Assembly (NCBI GenBank): GCA_051959385.1 | Contig: JBQCFH010000252.1 | Span: 1 to 43,274, forward strand | Direction: 5' to 3' | Origin: Rhizobiaceae bacterium | GTDB taxonomy: Bacteria; Pseudomonadota; Alphaproteobacteria; Rhizobiales; Rhizobiaceae | DNA length: 43,274 nucleotides | In this document: positions 39,713 through 43,274 of the stretch, piece by piece | How positions within the stretch are numbered: position 1 is the first letter of the stretch | Layout of the letters: each line of letters begins with the position of its first letter | Notes under the pieces: generated by a model | What the model saw: only the letters and a program-made list of their open reading frames with translations | Told to the model about the DNA's origin: nothing | Database searches by the model: none | Translations under genes and position numbers: made by a program

Positions 39713-39726
39713 GTTTCACGTGAATC
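39713..39726. other. parS site, one mismatch
   Basis: GTTTCACGTGAATC, 36 bp from the previous site. Confidence 0.85.
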
Positions 39727-39744
39727 ATGCGCCATCCAACGCAG

Positions 39745-41058
39745 TCACTTTCCGATGCAGAAATCGGCAAAGATCGCGCCCAGCAGTTCCTCGACATCGA
39801 CGGCGCCGATGATGCGGCCGAGCGCATCGCCGGCGAGCCGCAGTTCCTCCGCCCGCGTCTCGAGGGCGCCCCGCCCAGAGAGCGCATTTTCCAGATGTTC
39901 CTTGCATGCCATCAGCAACGCCACATGCCTGGATTTCGACGGCAACACAGCGGTCACCGACGCCGCCTCCGCCGCTACTCGTGCCAAGTTTTCGACCAGC
40001 GTCTCGATGCCGGCGCCTGTGCGGGTCGAGATGCAGTAGTCATATCCGTTGGTCCGCTCACTAGCACCCACCAAATCGGCCTTTGTTCCGACATGCCAGA
40101 CCGGAACGCTGCCGAATCTATCTTTGATCTCACGCTGGTCGACAAGATCGGTCAGCAAAAGAACGAGATCAGCCGCTGCGGCGCGTTCTCTCGCGCGCTC
40201 GATTCCGATCGTTTCGACTCGCCCCGCACTCTCGCGCAGCCCGGCGGTGTCGGTGACCACCACCTTGACGCCTTCGAGGTCAAGCGGAACATCGATCAGG
40301 TCCCGGGTCGTGCCTGCCTCTTCCGTCACGATCGCGGCCTCGCGTGCGGCGAGCGCGTTGAGCAGGCTGGATTTGCCGGCGTTCGGGGCGCCGACGATCA
40401 CCACCTTGAAACCGTCCCGTATGATTTCTGCCCGGTGATAGGACGCAAGGTGCGCTTCGATTTCGCCGACAAGCGCGCGCAGATCAGGCCAGGCGATTTC
40501 CGAAGGCGCCTCGCCGACATCGCCTTCGTCGGCGAAGTCGAGCTCCGCTTCGACCATAGCTCGCCCATGAAGAATGCGCTGCCGCCAGCCCTGGTAAAGT
40601 GCCGCCTGCCGGCCGCCGGCGTTGGCCAGAGCGAACCGCCGCTGCGTCTCCGTCTCGGCCGAAATCAGATCGCCAAGCGCCTCGGCCCCCGTCAGGTCCA
40701 TCTTGCCGTTGAGGAAGGCGCGTCGGGTGAACTCTCCCGCTTCCGCCTGCCGCAAGCCGGCAAGCGCGGACAGGCGTTTCAAGACCGCCTCCACCACCGC
40801 CCTGCCGCCATGCAGATGCAGTTCCGCCACGTCCTCGCCGGTGAAGCTTTTCGGTCCGGCGAAGAACAGCACAACGCCCCTGTCGATGATCGTGCCGTCG
40901 CCCGCCCGGATGGCCTTAACGGTCGCCAGCCGCTCCGCCGGAACGCCGCACAGGCTCCGCAGGGCCTCGCGCGCCGCCGGCCCGGAAATGCGGATGATTG
41001 CGACGCCGGAAGGAAGCGAGCCGCTCGACAGGGCGAAGATCGTATCGCGAAATGTCAT
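39745..41058 (-). CDS. mnmE: tRNA modification GTPase MnmE
   Basis: SFTGED, GEFTRRAFLNGK, GAPNAGKSS, GTTRD, DTAGLR, FCIGK. Confidence 0.98.
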   Translation of the reverse strand: MTFRDTIFALSSGSLPSGVAIIRISGPAAREALRSLCGVPAERLATVKAIRAGDGTIIDRGVVLFFAGPKSFTGEDVAELHLHGGRAVVEAVLKRLSALAGLRQAEAGEFTRRAFLNGKMDLTGAEALGDLISAETETQRRFALANAGGRQAALYQGWRQRILHGRAMVEAELDFADEGDVGEAPSEIAWPDLRALVGEIEAHLASYHRAEIIRDGFKVVIVGAPNAGKSSLLNALAAREAAIVTEEAGTTRDLIDVPLDLEGVKVVVTDTAGLRESAGRVETIGIERARERAAAADLVLLLTDLVDQREIKDRFGSVPVWHVGTKADLVGASERTNGYDYCISTRTGAGIETLVENLARVAAEAASVTAVLPSKSRHVALLMACKEHLENALSGRGALETRAEELRLAGDALGRIIGAVDVEELLGAIFADFCIGK

Positions 41059-41119
41059 CCGTCCTGCCGTGTGCCGCTGCCCAACTTGCTCTATCTATGG
41101 GTGAACCTGGAGACCCGCC

Positions 41120-43137
<2,018 letters not shown>

Positions 43138-43141
<4 letters not shown>

Positions 43142-43274
43142 GTGTTCATCGAATCGAAGAAGTCGTTGTTGGTCTTGGTCTGCTTCAGCTTGTCGATCAG
43201 GAACTCGATCGCGTCCGTCGTTCCCATGGGCGCCAGGATGCGGCGCAACACAAAAATCTTCTGCAAATCCTGCC
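43138..43274 (-). CDS. rho: Transcription termination factor Rho (3' end only)
   Basis: Hand translation ...[43 protein letters not shown]. Confidence 0.95.

Overview
High-GC alphaproteobacterial chromosome segment (Rhizobiales, most likely Phyllobacteriaceae/Mesorhizobium-like, judged from gene content and protein style). It is probably close to the replication origin, since it carries parAB, three parS sites, rsmG-mnmG-mnmE and the 3' end of rho. Left to right: (1) gpsA-yciI-EVE-methyltransferase, an L,D-transpeptidase-like gene, cenR/otpR and a cNMP-binding protein; (2) a 1557-aa soluble hybrid kinase with seven PAS domains; (3) a Pho-box-preceded pstSCAB-phoU-phoB operon with no adjacent phoR; (4) a translationally coupled operon of ROK repressor, di-heme cytochrome c (DHOR-like) and CRTAC1/ASPIC-UnbV beta-propeller, divergent from a xylose-type ABC transporter around a perfect palindromic operator. 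A 170-bp REP-doublet-like hairpin lies in frame inside the CRTAC1 N-terminus; (5) a ~10-kb general-stress-response island (phyR, nepR, ecfG, HWE kinase, FATGY receiver, Crp/Fnr, small membrane proteins) with nine readable GGAAC-N16/17-C(G/A)TT promoters; (6) an orphan badR-badI pair with a decayed badH-like remnant between them; (7) yggT-holA and the par/gid cluster. The best candidate for an undescribed system is the sugar-regulated periplasmic di-heme enzyme plus beta-propeller pair. All family assignments come from motif recognition by eye, not database searches.
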